A DNA stretch of 64,000 nucleotides from Octopus sinensis (taxonomy: Eukaryota). Shown here piece after piece: positions 11,858-24,415 of this stretch. Made by a program: the position numbers and the translations under genes. The notes beneath the pieces were generated by a model. That model made no database searches, had not been told where the DNA came from, and saw only the letters and a list, made by a program, of their open reading frames with translations. The stretch's first letter is position 1. The number at the start of each line of letters is the position of its first letter. The stretch is taken from positions 10,292,001 through 10,356,000 of the forward strand of contig NC_043009.1 of NCBI RefSeq assembly GCF_006345805.1. The letters run 5' to 3'.

Positions 11858-13926
11858 TATTTCATAAAATTTGTCATCATAGACAGTACAAAGAGTGTGT
11901 AGCTTTGCGGGTTGGACAAACACATTAATGAATGAAAATGAAATAAAATGAATAAATGAGAGACGAAACCCAACACCCGCCGATTGGATTTTTCTCGAAA
12001 ACATATTTTCTTTTTTTAAAAATCAATATGAGGTTTCAAACCTCTTACAAGAAGGAGGCCCTAAAATCTCTTACTTAACATGTTTTGTTTTTAAAATACA
12101 CAATTGAGGTTATAAACCACTACAAATAATACAATAAGATGAGGTTTCAAACCCTATAACGAGGGTCTTTCACCTCCTACTCTTCGATATATCCATCGAT
12201 ATATTCATCATTATCTTCAATGCCGCTTGAGTTCCTGTATCCCGCCATTTCCCATGCCTCACTCATGTAGGACATGTAAGTCGTGTAAGGGCCACCCGGC
12301 CATATGCGACACTCCTCCCCAAATCCTTTAAGCCTTTCCCACAAGGGAAACCTTATGACCTCCACAGCTATCTGCGGAGGCCATTCGGGATCCCGTGTGA
12401 AGGGCATATCTACTGTCTCTTTATGTTCTACTATTTTTTCCACCTCCTCGCCCTTATAGAAAAAGATTAATTCACCATCTTTAAGGGTGGGGGTCGTTTC
12501 TTCCACCGTGGGTGACACAACTTCGAGACATGCAGACGACACATCATCTCCCCGCTGAGATGAACCGTTCTTCTTCCTTCTTTTTTTTCTTTTCTTCCTG
12601 AATTCGGGAGAGTGGAACTCTTCCGTTTTGTCCGGAGACTCTTCCGCCTCCCGAAGCCTTGGGTTCCTTCGACGGGCATCTATTGTTGCCCGCCTTCTTC
12701 CTTTTCAATCCTTTTTGAGTTGAGGAGGCTGAAGCCTCCTCGACCACATCCACCTCTCCCTTTGACCGGGTAGGGGAGGTGGCATCTAGTGACTGTTCCA
12801 GGACCTTACCATGGTCCTGGGGCAGTTCTTTTTAATGTGACCTGGCTGAAGGCACGAGTGACACTTGGGGAGACGTCCCTCAAATATCACCTGCAGCCAG
12901 CCATTTTTAAGAAACCTGGAAAAACCAGATCTGTTGCGGCCGATGGGGTCCACAGGGTCAAAATGGCTTTTGACCCTTCCCAATCGACCGCCGGCAATAC
13001 CCTTACATTTAAGATCCTGGGCCCGCCATGCCCCAGTCCACGTCGGATGGTATCTTCAATCCAATCCGCTTCGGTGTCTGGAGGTACCCACATACCCAGG
13101 CTCTTATTAATTTCCTCCCGCAATATGACGGGAAGAACAGAATTTCTTTGCCTTCTAAAGGCTGACTCGCAAACTGGCGAGCCTTTTCCCTGTTGTCAAA
13201 CAGCAACCATGCGGTTGCATATTTGACACCACGGGATATATATTTTACAGAGGACTAATAGTCTTTAAGTTCATTTTTTATAACTTGTTTTGGGAAGACG
13301 GTGATGGAATTAAGAACTTTAGAATAAGTTCTAAGCACCACCGTCTTCTCCTCCATATCTTTTAACCACTGCGTAGACGGGTTAATTTCCCACTCTAAGA
13401 CAGAGTTCTTATTTTTAAGTTCCTTCTCTGCCATGTCACAAAACAGTTCAAAAGTAGTTCAAAAGACAGTCTGCCAAAAAATTAAACCGAATAAAAATAA
13501 AACAAAATAAAAGAGGAGGAAAGGAAACTGAAATTAAAGTAATGAAAAGAATGAAGCAAAATTTAGAAAGAAAGAAAAAATAGAAGGGAAAAGTAAAAGA
13601 AAAACCTCACAAATAGCACAGACAGGGAATCCTTTGTATAATACTCCAAAAAGGTAATCCAAATGGCTTATTCTTGAAGTACTCCAGTTCGGAAAAATTT
13701 TACTTTTTCTGGCGAAATACGTCCACTAGAATTTACAAAAAGAATTTTCAAGCAAAAATTCTCGATTCACCGTTATGGTGATGAGAACCCAGTATTTTGC
13801 TCGCTATAACGAGCCATAATTGACAATTCTTCTTTTTGTTCTTTTTCTATTCACGGAGCCCAAAAAAACACATCTTCTCACTGTAACAGTCCAAATCAAC
13901 TAGTGTTGCATTCTGGGTAACCGGAA
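11858..13926 (-). mobile_element. ORF1-only Tx1/L1-like non-autonomous retroelement (HAL1-like)
   Basis: 15-bp TSD GTAA(A/G)CAAGCTACTT at 11843-11857 and 13927-13941; 5' UTR, disrupted gag-like ORF, 3' UTR ending in AATAAA; no endonuclease or RT sequence seen. Confidence 0.75.
12177..13434 (-). pseudogene. gag-like ORF1 with CCHC zinc knuckle, disrupted
   Basis: ATG at 13434 gives MAEKELKNKN...; one TAG and several frameshifts; VIFEGRLPKCHSCLQPGHIKKNCP is a CX2CX4HX4C knuckle preceded by the F.G motif typical of Tx1/L1 ORF1; basic linker and acidic C-terminus. Confidence 0.8.
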
Positions 13927-14793
13927 GTAAGCAAGCTACTTACCTCACAGCCACTCCTATAGTAGAAAGGATTAAAATGCATTGCTCTTTACAGACCACT
14001 ACGCAACATACCCGCATAACACAATTCTGCAGTACACAGAGTTCAGACATAATTAAGATACACTTCACTGTAATACGAGAGTATACATCCTTATGCACAC
14101 AGCAGGACGCACCGCAACACATCACTGTAGTATATCGAATTGTAACAGATATCACAATAGGACACATCACTTTTGTAGGCCGCACACTAGTGCACACCAG
14201 AGTAATACACTCACTGCATTACTGTAGTACACAGCACCGTAATGCCCTTCATTGTTATACACTTCAGTGCTATACTCAAAATACATAGTAGTATACATCA
14301 TTGTCATACATTTAGAACGCACATCCAGGCATTAGTATAGTACACACATTATTGTACACAATACTGCAGTACATTATATATATATATATATATATACATA
14401 TTGAGATAGCAGTTGTAAATGCAACCCTCCATGGGTTAACATATATCCAATATACTGCTAGTGAAGTACCCAACAAAGTTAATACATAAATGTTAAGGAT
14501 TGCGATGCAATCAATTCATTTACTGTATTATATGAGCAAAGGTAAAATGATTTACCACAAATTACTAATACAAGATAAGAAAATGGAGAAATACATCTAA
14601 ATCAAATATCAATTATCAGATAATACTCAATCACATACTTTATTAAACCACCACATAAGAGACTGTAGGGTTAAACATAAAAAAGCAGAACAAATCAGTG
14701 TACACAAAGGAATGTACATGAAAAAGGGTACATAAAAGAGTAATGTTGTATAATAAGTAGAATATATATAAAAAAGAGAATATAAATATAAGT

Positions 14794-14966
14794 AAACAGT
14801 GATAGACATAAACCAAAACATAAATAAGAAATAATATATATTTTTATAAAGCATATAACTTATAACTAGACCTCAAAAAGTATTAAAATGAATGATCAAA
14901 GTTATATGTTTTATAAAAATATATATTATTTGTTATTTATGTATTGGTTTATGTCTATCACTGTTT
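14794..14966. repeat. 68-bp-arm inverted repeat with 37-nt spacer
   Basis: 14794-14861 is the reverse complement of 14899-14966 with about 3 mismatches. Confidence 0.9.
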
Positions 14967-15075
14967 GAGTTGCATAATAGTGGTTTTATCTCTAATTCAT
15001 ATTTTATATATTTATACCGTGAAATTTGATTTAATACTAAATTGAATTTTTCCCTGTAAGTTTGGAGTTATACTC

Positions 15076-15346
<271 letters not shown>

Positions 15347-16701
15347 TTGTTGAACACATATCTATAGTACAAACGAGCAAACGAGTACTATTGTAATACA
15401 TATTTCCGTGGTATACATCTTTGCAAGTCACTAGATTACACATAACTTTAATGCATATTTCTGTTGTACCAATCTCCAAACATCATTGTATTACAGTTCA
15501 CTCTAATGCGACAAATCTAATTATAATGTACCTCATCTATGTGCTATAGTACGTCACTGATATATACATGGCTATATTACACATCATTCTTGTTGACATC
15601 ACTGGACCACAAATCATTGCTCTATACATCTCTGTATTGTACAACAGTACACATTACGGTGCCTATACATTACTATAATATATATATATATATATCTTTG
15701 TAGTGCTCATCATTGATTTCAGCACATATGTCTACTACTTAATAATAGCATTTATAACCAAGATACAAGCCATATAACCATTTTGTTGGATGCCCGCCTT
15801 CTTATGACTCATCCAACTGAATGTCTTTGCCAGTTGTCCAACTATAATGAATTAATATATTTGCAGTCATGTAGTGAAGGCTGTGTAACGGCGATGATTT
15901 TTTTTTGTCAGCACATCTAGTTTCGTCTCCCAGCTGGAGTCGCATTTATTTCCATAGCTAATGCCTCTGGTAAACAACATGCATGAAACGCAGCACCTAT
16001 TGAATTGCTTATGTAATAAGTGATTAGATCTCGAGTCAGACACTGTTTTGAACATAGATGCATATTTGTGATTCCCTCTCTAGATGTGCTGTACGTGAGG
16101 GGGACTGAGTGTAAGAGAGAAAGAGAGAGAGAGAGAGAGAGAGGGAAGAGAGAGGGGGAGAGAGATGGATGGAGAAACAAGATCCATTTGTTAGATATTC
16201 ATACATAAGACATATGACCTCAAGTTCGAATATCTTTTCAGTAGATGACTACAGGGACAACAAGATCAGCAGCGATAACATAATATAAAAACAAAACGGA
16301 CAAGCAGCAACAAGAACAACAACAACAACGAGAACAATAACAACTACAACAGCAGCAGCAGTACCAAGAACAAGAACAACAATAGTCAGAGTAACAGCGG
16401 GAATTGCAGCAACAAAAATAGCGACGAAGACGAAACGAAGTCGATTCGTTTAATCGTTAGCAAATAGACAATGGTCAAACGAACCGCCATTTTGTTGCTA
16501 TTAAAAAAACAACAGCAAATAAATGTAATAAATGGAAAGTGCGTAAAGAGATGAAACTTCACTGCTTTGCAAAAAGAAACTTGTTAGAACTATATAATAA
16601 TCATTGATTATCTTCTATAGCATAGACATCTATCGATCACCCGTACAATCAGTAGAAATCACTTTTTAACTGTCTAACTTATGTACTCATACAAGTGTTG
16701 C

Positions 16702-17095
16702 TGCTGTTGCTGTTGCTGTTGAGCGAACGGTCTTCGTCCCAGAGCTCGCAAGATGGGAGAAGTCCGAAACGTGGTCCTTTGCTATTCGTAAGACCCGCAG
16801 AAGAGAAAGCAGGTCAACCCCGCCGACACTGAGAGCATCGACGGATGGATGAATGCGCTCAGGTTGCTCAGGCTCAGCGGTTGCGTAGGAAGTCGGGGAC
16901 AAGAAACGGGAAGACGGAGTGAGAGAAAGTTGGAGCGAAAGAGTACAACAGGGGTCACCACCACCCCCTGTCAGAGCCTCATGGAGCTTTAGGTGTTTTC
17001 GCTCAATAAACACATAACGCCCGGTCTGGGAATCAAAACCGCGATCCTCTGACCGCGAGTCCGCTGCTCTAACCATTAGGATATTGCGCCTCCAC
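16702..17095 (-). mobile_element. SINE family C (tRNA-derived head GTGGAGGCGCAAT...GGTT), tail type 1
   Basis: tRNA-like head with A/B boxes, structured 3' tail, CAACAG repeat end; related copy at 43960-44349. Confidence 0.88.
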
Positions 17096-17128
17096 ACTGT
17101 TGCTGGTGTACTTTGAGACACTCTGAGT

Positions 17129-17262
17129 CAGTAGTTCTCAACTTGGATCCATATGGCCCTTAGGGTTCCATACAAGATTTTACTGTTAAAATTTCTATGC
17201 AATAAATTGGTAAAACTTCTACAATACATAAAATATTTTAATTTTTTAAAATACAATTCTTA
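17129..17262. mobile_element. hAT-like DNA transposon end fragment
   Basis: Begins CAGTAGTTCTCAAC, resembling the hAT terminal CAGTGGTTCTCAA; second end not found. Confidence 0.35.
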
Positions 17263-17608
17263 ATTACATCGACCCAGTGCATAACTGGTACTTAATTTAA
17301 CGACCCCGAAAGGATGAAAGGCAAAGTCGACCTCGGCGGAATTTGAACAAACAACGAAACGGCAGACGAAATACCTATTTCTTTACTACCCACAAGGGGC
17401 CAAACACAGAGAGGACAAACAAAGACAGACAAACGGATTAAGTCGATTATATCGACCCCAGTGCGTAACTGGTAATTATTTAATCGATCCCGAAAGGATG
17501 AAAGGCAAAGTCGACCTCTGCGGAATTTGAACTCAGAACGTAGCGGCAGACGAAATACCGCTGATCATTTCGCCCGGCGTGCTAATGTTTCTGCCAGCTC
17601 GCCGCCTT
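17263..17608 (-). mobile_element. SINE family A, head-body-body dimer
   Basis: The 3' end GGTAT of one unit is fused to internal TTCGTCTGCC of a second unit at 17371-17375. Confidence 0.88.
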
Positions 17609-17980
17609 ACGTTGAGTTATAATAATGAAGTCGATGTCGATGACGTGAATCGTAGATTGCAGTGTTCTCGACAACGTTCGTCAGTGGTACTGCAGTGTGA
17701 CCGTTGCCAATAAATTGATCTCTCGTCGATCACTCTATCAGTGACAAATAGGTACAATGTAAAGTTTGGTTTAGTTTTGTAAGTAATAGAAACACTTATA
17801 ATTGCTAGGTGAAAGTTGTTTCGGCTTGTAGTGCTGAACTCGAATATACAACCCTACACATCGATGTAATACACATTAGTGTGTAGTGTACATTCCTTTA
17901 CAACATGTTGTAGTACATTATTGTTTTCAACAATGGTGCGTACTTGCTAATTATAGTGTACAACCAAGTCACGAACCATC

Positions 17981-18199
17981 TACAAGAATGTGCTGAAAAG
18001 ATCCTGGCTTAAAGAGAACCAATGTTCCTGGCTTTAAGTGAAACGAAAGGCTCGCTTGGAAGCCTAAACATCCGAGTTCTTTTACAGGGCTTAGAAGTGT
18101 GTGAATCTGAGGGAGGAATATGTTGGATAAAATCATAATTAACTGGTTCCCCTGTATTTTCTTTTAACCAAAGCCAAAAACTTTCGGCAACCCGTCGTA
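17981..18199 (+). mobile_element. mariner-derived MITE
   Basis: TA-bounded imperfect TIRs (TACAAGAATGTGCTGAAAAG / CTTTCGGCAACCCGTCGTA); internal remnant TGTGTGAATCTGAGGG..GAATATGTTG resembles a mariner C-terminus (CV...GEYVE). Confidence 0.65.
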
Positions 18200-18356
18200 T
18201 TTCATTTATTGCAAGACCGTATCCATTTTCTAGTGGCTTACTCAAACCAGTCTCCATCATTTGTTAACTATTATAAAATAGTACATACATAATTACATAT
18301 ATGCGTACATATATAATCACGCGCGCACACACACACACACCACACACACACACACA

Positions 18357-18715
18357 TCGGAGAGGTCTGGTTTCATCCAGTCGGACTTGTTGATGAGATT
18401 CTCAGGTTTATTCAAATCGATGACGCCATCCATCACCATCTCAGTCGGTGTTCGGGAGGCCAGAAAGGAGGTAACATTCGGCGCGTATATATAGAGTTAG
18501 CAAATGATGATGTTTTCGGGTCGGTCGACTCGAATACATCTCTGTCTGAACTGCTAATAACATACATCTATAAACACCATCAAAACTTGCCTCGCGGTGC
18601 TTAGTGAATGTCGAAACGGTAGGACAGTGTAACAGCATTGGTTCCACAGTGACACGAAAGAAGCTTCTTTTAAGACTGTCTGGTAATAATGACTTCCTCG
18701 CGACATGCACGGCGT
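18357..18715 (-). pseudogene. RTE-type LINE 3' fragment
   Basis: SLLPDSLKRSFFRVTVEPMLL...TFTKH...FDGVYRCML resembles the post-RT region of RTE ORFs; bounded by (CA)n/(TG)n. Confidence 0.6.
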
Positions 18716-18767
18716 TTTAAAGGGATTGGAATTTAATTTCTTTGCACTGTTGATTTGTGTGTGTGTG

Positions 18768-18801
<34 letters not shown>

Positions 18802-19059
18802 GAGTGTTCGTATGCATATGGATATATATGTGAACGACGATGTATGTGTACGTATGGGCCGATTTTTAAAGGTGAGCTAAGGATAATCACATGTGTAACC
18901 AGCCAGGAAGAACAGATCAACAGAACAAAGAAATCAAATGCCAATCCCTTTAAAACGGTAAGATAATCACCATCCCACTTCATCCACACATTCAAAACAC
19001 TTTGCCAACTGTTCTTCAGCAACAGCACACCTTTGATAAACTCAGTGAATACTACTAAC

Positions 19060-19469
19060 TCCAGGCTGAAGACGCTCGACCTTTATTCTCTAGAAAAACG
19101 ACGACGCCGTGGAGATTTCATTCTTGCTCACAAAATCATAAGTGGAAAGTGTAACCTCTCGAAAGGGCTGTTCTTCACTCTTGCTCCAGAGCGTCGGCTG
19201 CGGGGTCATTCCGAAAAGCTCTATCTGCGACGATTTCATCTCAATCGAAGGAGAGGGGCTTTCTCCGTCCGGGTTGCTGATCTGTGGAATAAGCTGCCAG
19301 ACGAGATGTTGAAGATGCCGACGACCGCTCGGTTCAAAGTCTCCCTTGACCTCAAGTGGCCTGAACTCTTTACATGAACACCACCCTGCACATAACTCCA
19401 TGTCCCCCTACATGGCCTTGCTTTTTGCTTTTTGAGCCAAAAAATTAACTAACTAACTAACTAACTAAC
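19060..19469 (+). mobile_element. CR1-clade LINE, 5'-truncated 3' end
   Basis: Open frame RLKTLDLYSLEKRRRRGDFILAHKII...LRGHSEKL...RRGAFSVRVADLWNKLP (stop at 19377), short 3' UTR and (TAAC)n tail. Confidence 0.92.
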
Positions 19470-19857
19470 AGGCCACGGCAGACAGAGAGGATACTCTTGA
19501 AGCCGTGAATTTGGACTTACGGTGAGAATATTTACATATCGCCTGAGGAAGCACAACTAGACTTTATAATGCAAAGAATCAGCTGCATAATCAATGTCCT
19601 GTACGCCTGGAGAATTATGTTACGTAGAAATAATTGTAGTGATTGAAAATGTATGTCCAGCCATACTCCTTCTCGTTGATTACAAATTTTTTTCAATTCT
19701 CTATTCACACACGACAGAAGCCCAAACGCAAACCTGGAAGTACGTATAATACTACTACTGGATAGCACAGGGTGAAATCTGAAGGTGGACGAGCTTATGC
19801 TGTACTCTACTAAGTTCTTAACACAATATATCATAACTATATACCATATGCTATATC

Positions 19858-20261
19858 TCTTTTTCTCTTTTTACTTGTTTCAGTCATTTTGACTGCGGTC
19901 ATGCTGGTGCACCGCCTTTAATCGAGCAACTCGACCCCGGGACTTATTCTTTGTAAGCCCAGTACTTATTCTATCGGGCTCTTTTGCCGAACCGCTAAGT
20001 GACTGGGATATAAACACACCAGCATCGGTTGTTAAGCAATGCTAGGGGGACAAACACAGACACACAAACATACACGCACATACATATATGCACATATATA
20101 CGACGGGCTTCTTTCAGTTTCCGTCTACCAAATCCACTCACAAGGCTTTGGTCGGCCCGAGGCTATAGTAGAAGACACTTGCCCAAGGTGCCACGCAGTG
20201 GGACTGAACCCGGAACCATGTGGTTGGTAAACAGGCTACTTAACACACAGCCACTCCTGCG

Positions 20262-20263
<2 letters not shown>
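19858..20263 (-). mobile_element. SINE family B, full length
   Basis: Complete head to AAACAAGTAAAAAGAG tail; high identity to 29345-29794 and 47862-48252. Confidence 0.9.
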
Positions 20264-20319
<56 letters not shown>

Positions 20320-20508
20320 CATTTTTAAGGTGGCTATTCGCAATTTACAACCCAATGGCAACAGGTATTGTCGTCACGAAAGTGACGGAGGGTGCTAGTC
20401 AGCACCAGCATTGCTAGAAATGAGAGTCAAAACAACTCTGAGACACTTGAGAGCACTTTTCTAACGACAGACAAGAGAGAGAAAAAAAGAATATATATAT
20501 ATATATAT

Positions 20509-20630
20509 ATCACCGTGATCACCGTGACCGACCAGGCTATCAGATGTTGCTACACATCGCTGGTCACAATGCGCTTCGCATTGTTTTAGCCTTCAAATGA
20601 CGCCACCCCGCTGCTAAGCGAGCAGGCCAA
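20509..20630 (-). mobile_element. ~120-bp non-autonomous element carrying an RTE 3' end
   Basis: Minus-strand GAAGCGCATTGTGACCAGCGATGTGTAGCAACATCTGATAG matches the RTE terminus at 7421-7462; CACGGTGAT repeat tail; decayed copy near 32950-33000. Confidence 0.7.
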
Positions 20631-20631
20631 T

Positions 20632-20836
20632 ATGACCACCTGTGTACCGTTGGCGATTTTTTTCCTCCGTCTTCCCTTCTCTGGATCTTTCCTTTTCCTG
20701 TTTCTGACGAAGAGCTCCGCTCGAAACGTTAAACCCTCCTTCTTCCCTCCTTCCTGAGCGTCCAATAATACTATATTTGTTCCACATCCTCGCTTTGTTG
20801 TGTTTTCTCTTTGTGTTTTCATGTTTTGATTAACTA
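20632..20836 (+). mobile_element. ~200-nt hammerhead-bearing non-autonomous element, canonical-core copy
   Basis: GTTT-CTGACGA-A-GAGC-TCC-GCTC-GAAA-CGT-T-AAAC at 20700-20734; shares TTCCTGAGCG with the other copies; ends in (TA)n. Confidence 0.75.
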
Positions 20837-20876
20837 TATATATGTTTATATATATATATATATATATAATATATAT

Positions 20877-20916
<40 letters not shown>

Positions 20917-21374
20917 CTTGGAAGAGGATGCGTGGCGTCGTGCAATCATATAATAATATAAATAATATATATATATATATATATATGCATATATACATAT
21001 ATATATATGTGTGTGTGTGTGTGTATTTTAGAAGTCATTTCGTGTTAAAGCTGTCGTATTTGGGTAATTTTAACCAATCAACGACGTGTATTCAGCTGAA
21101 GAAGCCTACTGCTGTTTGCGATAGTAATCGAAGAGCAACAACTTCCGGGTCATCTCTACTAAATGTATTTTTCAATCACGTGTGGATTATTCGGTTTAGT
21201 TAAAAAAAAAATTGATCTATGGGCCAAACTGAAGATATCCCACACAAACACACAAACACACACTCTTATATATCTAAATATAAATTCGGCGGCGGAATGA
21301 GGCATTCTAACTAGCGGTGTTGGTTAGAATATCTCACATATATGTGTATGTGAGCGGGGGTGTGAGCGGCGAGT

Positions 21375-21417
<43 letters not shown>

Positions 21418-22568
21418 GTGTGTGTGTGTGTGTGTGCGCGCGTGTGCGTGTTCGTGTGTGTGTGCGTGTAATTAATATCAATTTACTTGCACAGTTGAAT
21501 TTAAAACAAGAGATTACTTGTCTAATCTGTTATAGACTGATGGTTCATTAAAATGGCTTTTAACTTGGTAAGTTGCTATCGATGGCGCTTTAAATTCGAT
21601 ATTTCGGTAAACCACAGCACAAATATATATGAAATACACTATGTGGTAACGAAGGAGGATATTTAATGAGATTATAGATTTTGTAAGGTATTTATTCTAA
21701 AAACACTGTAACCATTCCGGTCACGAATAAATAGATGTCGCCATCATCACTGTTTTTTAAAAATATTTTTGTTGTTATCGAATCGCTTTTAGTCAGACAT
21801 CTTTTTTTATGTTATTTTAGTTATGTGTAATTCATTGAGAATTTGTAAGAAGTCAGACGATAATTTAAATCTTGCAGGATAATTATACATAATTTAAATC
21901 TTCTATTGATAATTGTTCTTGAACGATATTCATGTGTGCATGTCTTTTACTGTATTGGACTTTTCTTAGGAAACCACCATATTTTTGAAATGGTAGTGTT
22001 GTCATTGTTTAGTGCTAGGTCAGTCTTTAAACGAACAGACCAATAGCACTATGTAACACAAGTTTTATCCTTAGGTAGCAACTTTTGTTTCCTATTTGCA
22101 TGCCCCGAGAAAATATGAACAATGGCTAACGATTCTGCCTGGTCACCGCCATAATGTTTAGTGTTTAATATTGAGATCGAACGAATGCTTAGTGTATATA
22201 ATTAAAGATTAAGTAGTTTGTCCCAATTTTCTCAAATGTTAGGACATATGTATAGGTGGCGGTGATGGTGGTAATATTGTGTGTTATCCCAAGGCGGCGA
22301 GCAGGTAGAATCGTTACCGTGCCGTACAAAATGTTTAGCAGTACTTGGTCCGTCTTCAAGTTCTGAGTTCAAATTCTGCCAAGGTCGACATAGCTTTCAT
22401 CCTTTCATCATTTAACTCATTTTACCTCTTCTTCCAAAATTGCTGGCCTTGTGCCAAAATATCGGAGAACCATTTTCAACGAAGAAACTGAGTACTTTTA
22501 GTTTTCATGACATGAAACAGGACTGGTTTAAGACAACCTTATGGCTATGGATGGCGGGTATAGCGGTC

Positions 22569-22991
22569 GGATCTTTTCGGTTTGAACGGCAGTTTTTTCT
22601 AGCGATGTCATATGAAATTGTCACCCATAATAATGACCCTAGTATTGATCTATTGTATTTCAATCTGTTTTAGGGTTAAGGTTAGGGGTGGGGGAAGGGT
22701 ATCTTTTTTTCTTCACAAATGTAAATAAACCCAATCTGTTTCTTAAACGAGGGACATATTCATACGGCACAGAATGTTTTTTTTTACCTCAATAGACGTC
22801 GGTGATTGGTTGAAATTGCAGAAATTGAAGAAAAAAAAAAACAACAAATATCTTACAAACTATAGAATTTTCTCAATAAAGCCAAGGTAAAAAGATGTTT
22901 TATAAACACATTCTACCAGTATACGAAGTTTAAAAGTGTTTAGTTACGTGGAAATTATTTTAAAAACCTGCCGTTCAAACCGAAAAGATCC
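22569..22991 (+). mobile_element. MITE with ~27-bp TIRs, 8-bp TSD and internal TTAGGG-like repeats
   Basis: TIR GGATCTTTTCGGTTTGAACGGCAG; TSD TAGCGGTC at 22561-22568 and 22992-22999. Confidence 0.93.
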
Positions 22992-23555
22992 TAGCGGTCT
23001 GCTAAATATGTTTGTGAGTAATGCTTTCATCCATTACATCTTCACTGCAGTATAAAAATGTCAACTTTTAACGTGTGACATTCCAAGTTTCTTGGTTCTT
23101 TGTGTAGTGTAGAGTAACTGAATTCTGGGAGAAGTTTAGTAAAATTTTCTAGAAATAGCTGCGTGGAAAAGAAACTCACTTCGCAGCCACATAGTTTCTC
23201 GTTCAGTCCCTCTGCGCGGAAATTGGGCAAATACCTTCTGTTTTAGCCGAGAGGCGGCCAATACCTTGTGATGAGTGAATTTTGATCGTATTGTGATCAG
23301 CTTGAAAAATTGTAGAGATATTAAGATATTCTATTTTTCTTAACATGAAACCAATGGTAGCCTTAATTTCCAACTAAAAGAATTCTATCCACCAATGCGG
23401 TGTTGAGCGCTCATTTTTCTTGTTCGACATTTATGTATATATATATATATATATACAAACACACACATACCTATATATATACATACACATACACACACAC
23501 ACATATATATATACATACACACACACACGCACACACACCCATATATATATTTGTA

Positions 23556-23598
<43 letters not shown>

Positions 23599-23919
23599 TG
23601 TGCATGTCGTTGTATTTGTGTTTGTCCTTCCCCTTAGCGTTTGTTAGTCGGTGTTGGCTCGTTTACGTTCTCGTGGCATAACGGTTCGGCAAAAAATCCC
23701 AAAACTTTTAAGTGCCAGACTTAATACAAAAAATGAGATAGATTTGTTCGACTAAACTCTTCGAGGCATTGCTCCAGTTTGGTCACAATCAAATGACTGA
23801 TACAAAAGATCAATAAAGAACGAAAGATTTATTGGAATATTGGTATTTTAATGCAGATAATGCGGCTTAGTTTTCGTCGAAGACTGTATTATTGTCGGTG
23901 GATGTGAACATACCTCAAC

Positions 23920-24120
23920 TGGCATTCTGTCGGTTACGACGACGAGGGTTCCAGTTGATCCGATGAAGGGAATAGCCTGCCCGTGAAATTAACGTGCATG
24001 TAGCTGAGCACTCTACAGACACGCGTACCCTTAACGTAGTTCTGAGAGATTTGGCGTGATCCAGAGTGGGAGAAGGTTGGCTCTTTGAAATACAGGTACT
24101 ACTCATTTTTGCCAGCTGAC
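23920..24120 (-). mobile_element. SINE 3' module (tail type 2, shared with 28525-28710)
   Basis: GACGACGAGGGTTCC.GTTGATCCGA...GTGAAATTAACGTG...GCTGAGCACTC is shared with the element at 28525-28908. Confidence 0.7.
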
Positions 24121-24415
24121 GTATCCTTTTCAACTTCTTTATATTTCGTTTTTTCTCTTATTCATTTCATACGTCGTTGCACTTTTCCACCATTCAACGC
24201 TTTTCCAATGTGGCAGATATCGAACAAAAAGTGAAACTTGCTTTTGCATAGACATAATCACAGGCGTAGCTGAGTGGTAAGAAGGTTGCTTCACAGCAAA
24301 ATGGTGCCAGGTTCGCTTCGACTGCGTGGAATCTTCGGCAAGTATCTTCTATTACCGCCTCGGACCGACCAAAGTCATCAGAGTGAATTTGGTACACGGA
24401 AACTGGAAGAAACCT

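Larger units (their letters stand above)
11474..13960 (-). mobile_element. SINE family B (tRNA head, CORE-like CCTTGGGCAAGT segment, internal microsatellite), split by a 2.07-kb insertion
   Basis: Body at 11474-11857 and remainder of head at 13927-13960; A-box TGGCTGTG.GGT and B-box GGTTCAGTCCC. Confidence 0.88.

Noticed and set aside
12789-13226. 145-aa plus-strand ORF
   Set aside because: Antisense shadow of the gag-like ORF1.
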